Below are positions 63,780 through 64,000 of a stretch of 64,000 nt of DNA, piece by piece (position 1 is the first letter of the stretch; every line of letters begins with the position of its first letter). The notes beneath the pieces are model-generated. The model did not search any database and was not told the origin of the DNA. It was given only the letters and a program-made list of their open reading frames with translations. The stretch is from Octopus sinensis (Eukaryota). Position numbers and translations under genes: made by a program. The DNA is taken from the NCBI RefSeq assembly GCF_006345805.1, contig NC_043005.1, positions 49,476,001 to 49,540,000 of the forward strand, in the 5' to 3' direction.

Positions 63780-64000
63780 GTAAGTCCTTACTGCAGTAAC
63801 AAGCTAGAAAAAAAAATGCTTAAGTATGTGGTTCATAGACCTGCTAGTAATAACAACCAAATTTCCTTCAATTTGTGTCCTATTACAAAAAAGGATGGCA
63901 TATTCAATGTCCGTAACAACTCTTTAACACACATGTAAGGGAAACGAGAACATATTTGATATCAATAACATGTATGAGAGAGACACTAAACAATACAATA

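Noticed and set aside
63780-63938. Extension of the 63012 ORF to 63938
   Set aside because: Lies after a perfect GAG|GTAAGT donor and composition changes abruptly; most likely intron.

Overview
AT-rich, microsatellite-dense animal genomic DNA. The tRNA-derived SINE families and repeat landscape look like an octopus/coleoid cephalopod genome (inferred from recognising the repeats, not from a search). Host gene content is sparse: two terminal coding exons of an unidentified + strand gene (722-844, 3421-3537), a CpG-rich promoter-like region with a non-coding - strand exon (~16350-16900), a possible isolated + exon (23759-23926) and a long acidic + coding exon (63030-63779). The rest is mostly decayed transposable elements: SINEs, CR1, RTE, R4/Dong-like, CRE and L1/Tx1-like LINE pieces, a Penelope GIY-YIG fragment, mariner, maT (DD37D), hAT, MITEs, Helitrons and a Helentron. 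Nearly all ORFs in the supplied track are microsatellite or TE artefacts. The most notable signal is RNA structure. Many hammerhead-ribozyme-like motifs are present. Two sequence-unrelated repeat families (15033-15109 on -; 35789-35861 and 52746-52818 on +) carry the conserved hammerhead core and helices I, II and III plus an extra helix. In both, the strands occur in the same scrambled, non-circularly permuted order, with complete base-pair covariation between families. Two long foldback hairpins turn out to be head-to-head duplications of hammerhead-bearing ends. No cleavage activity can be shown from sequence alone.
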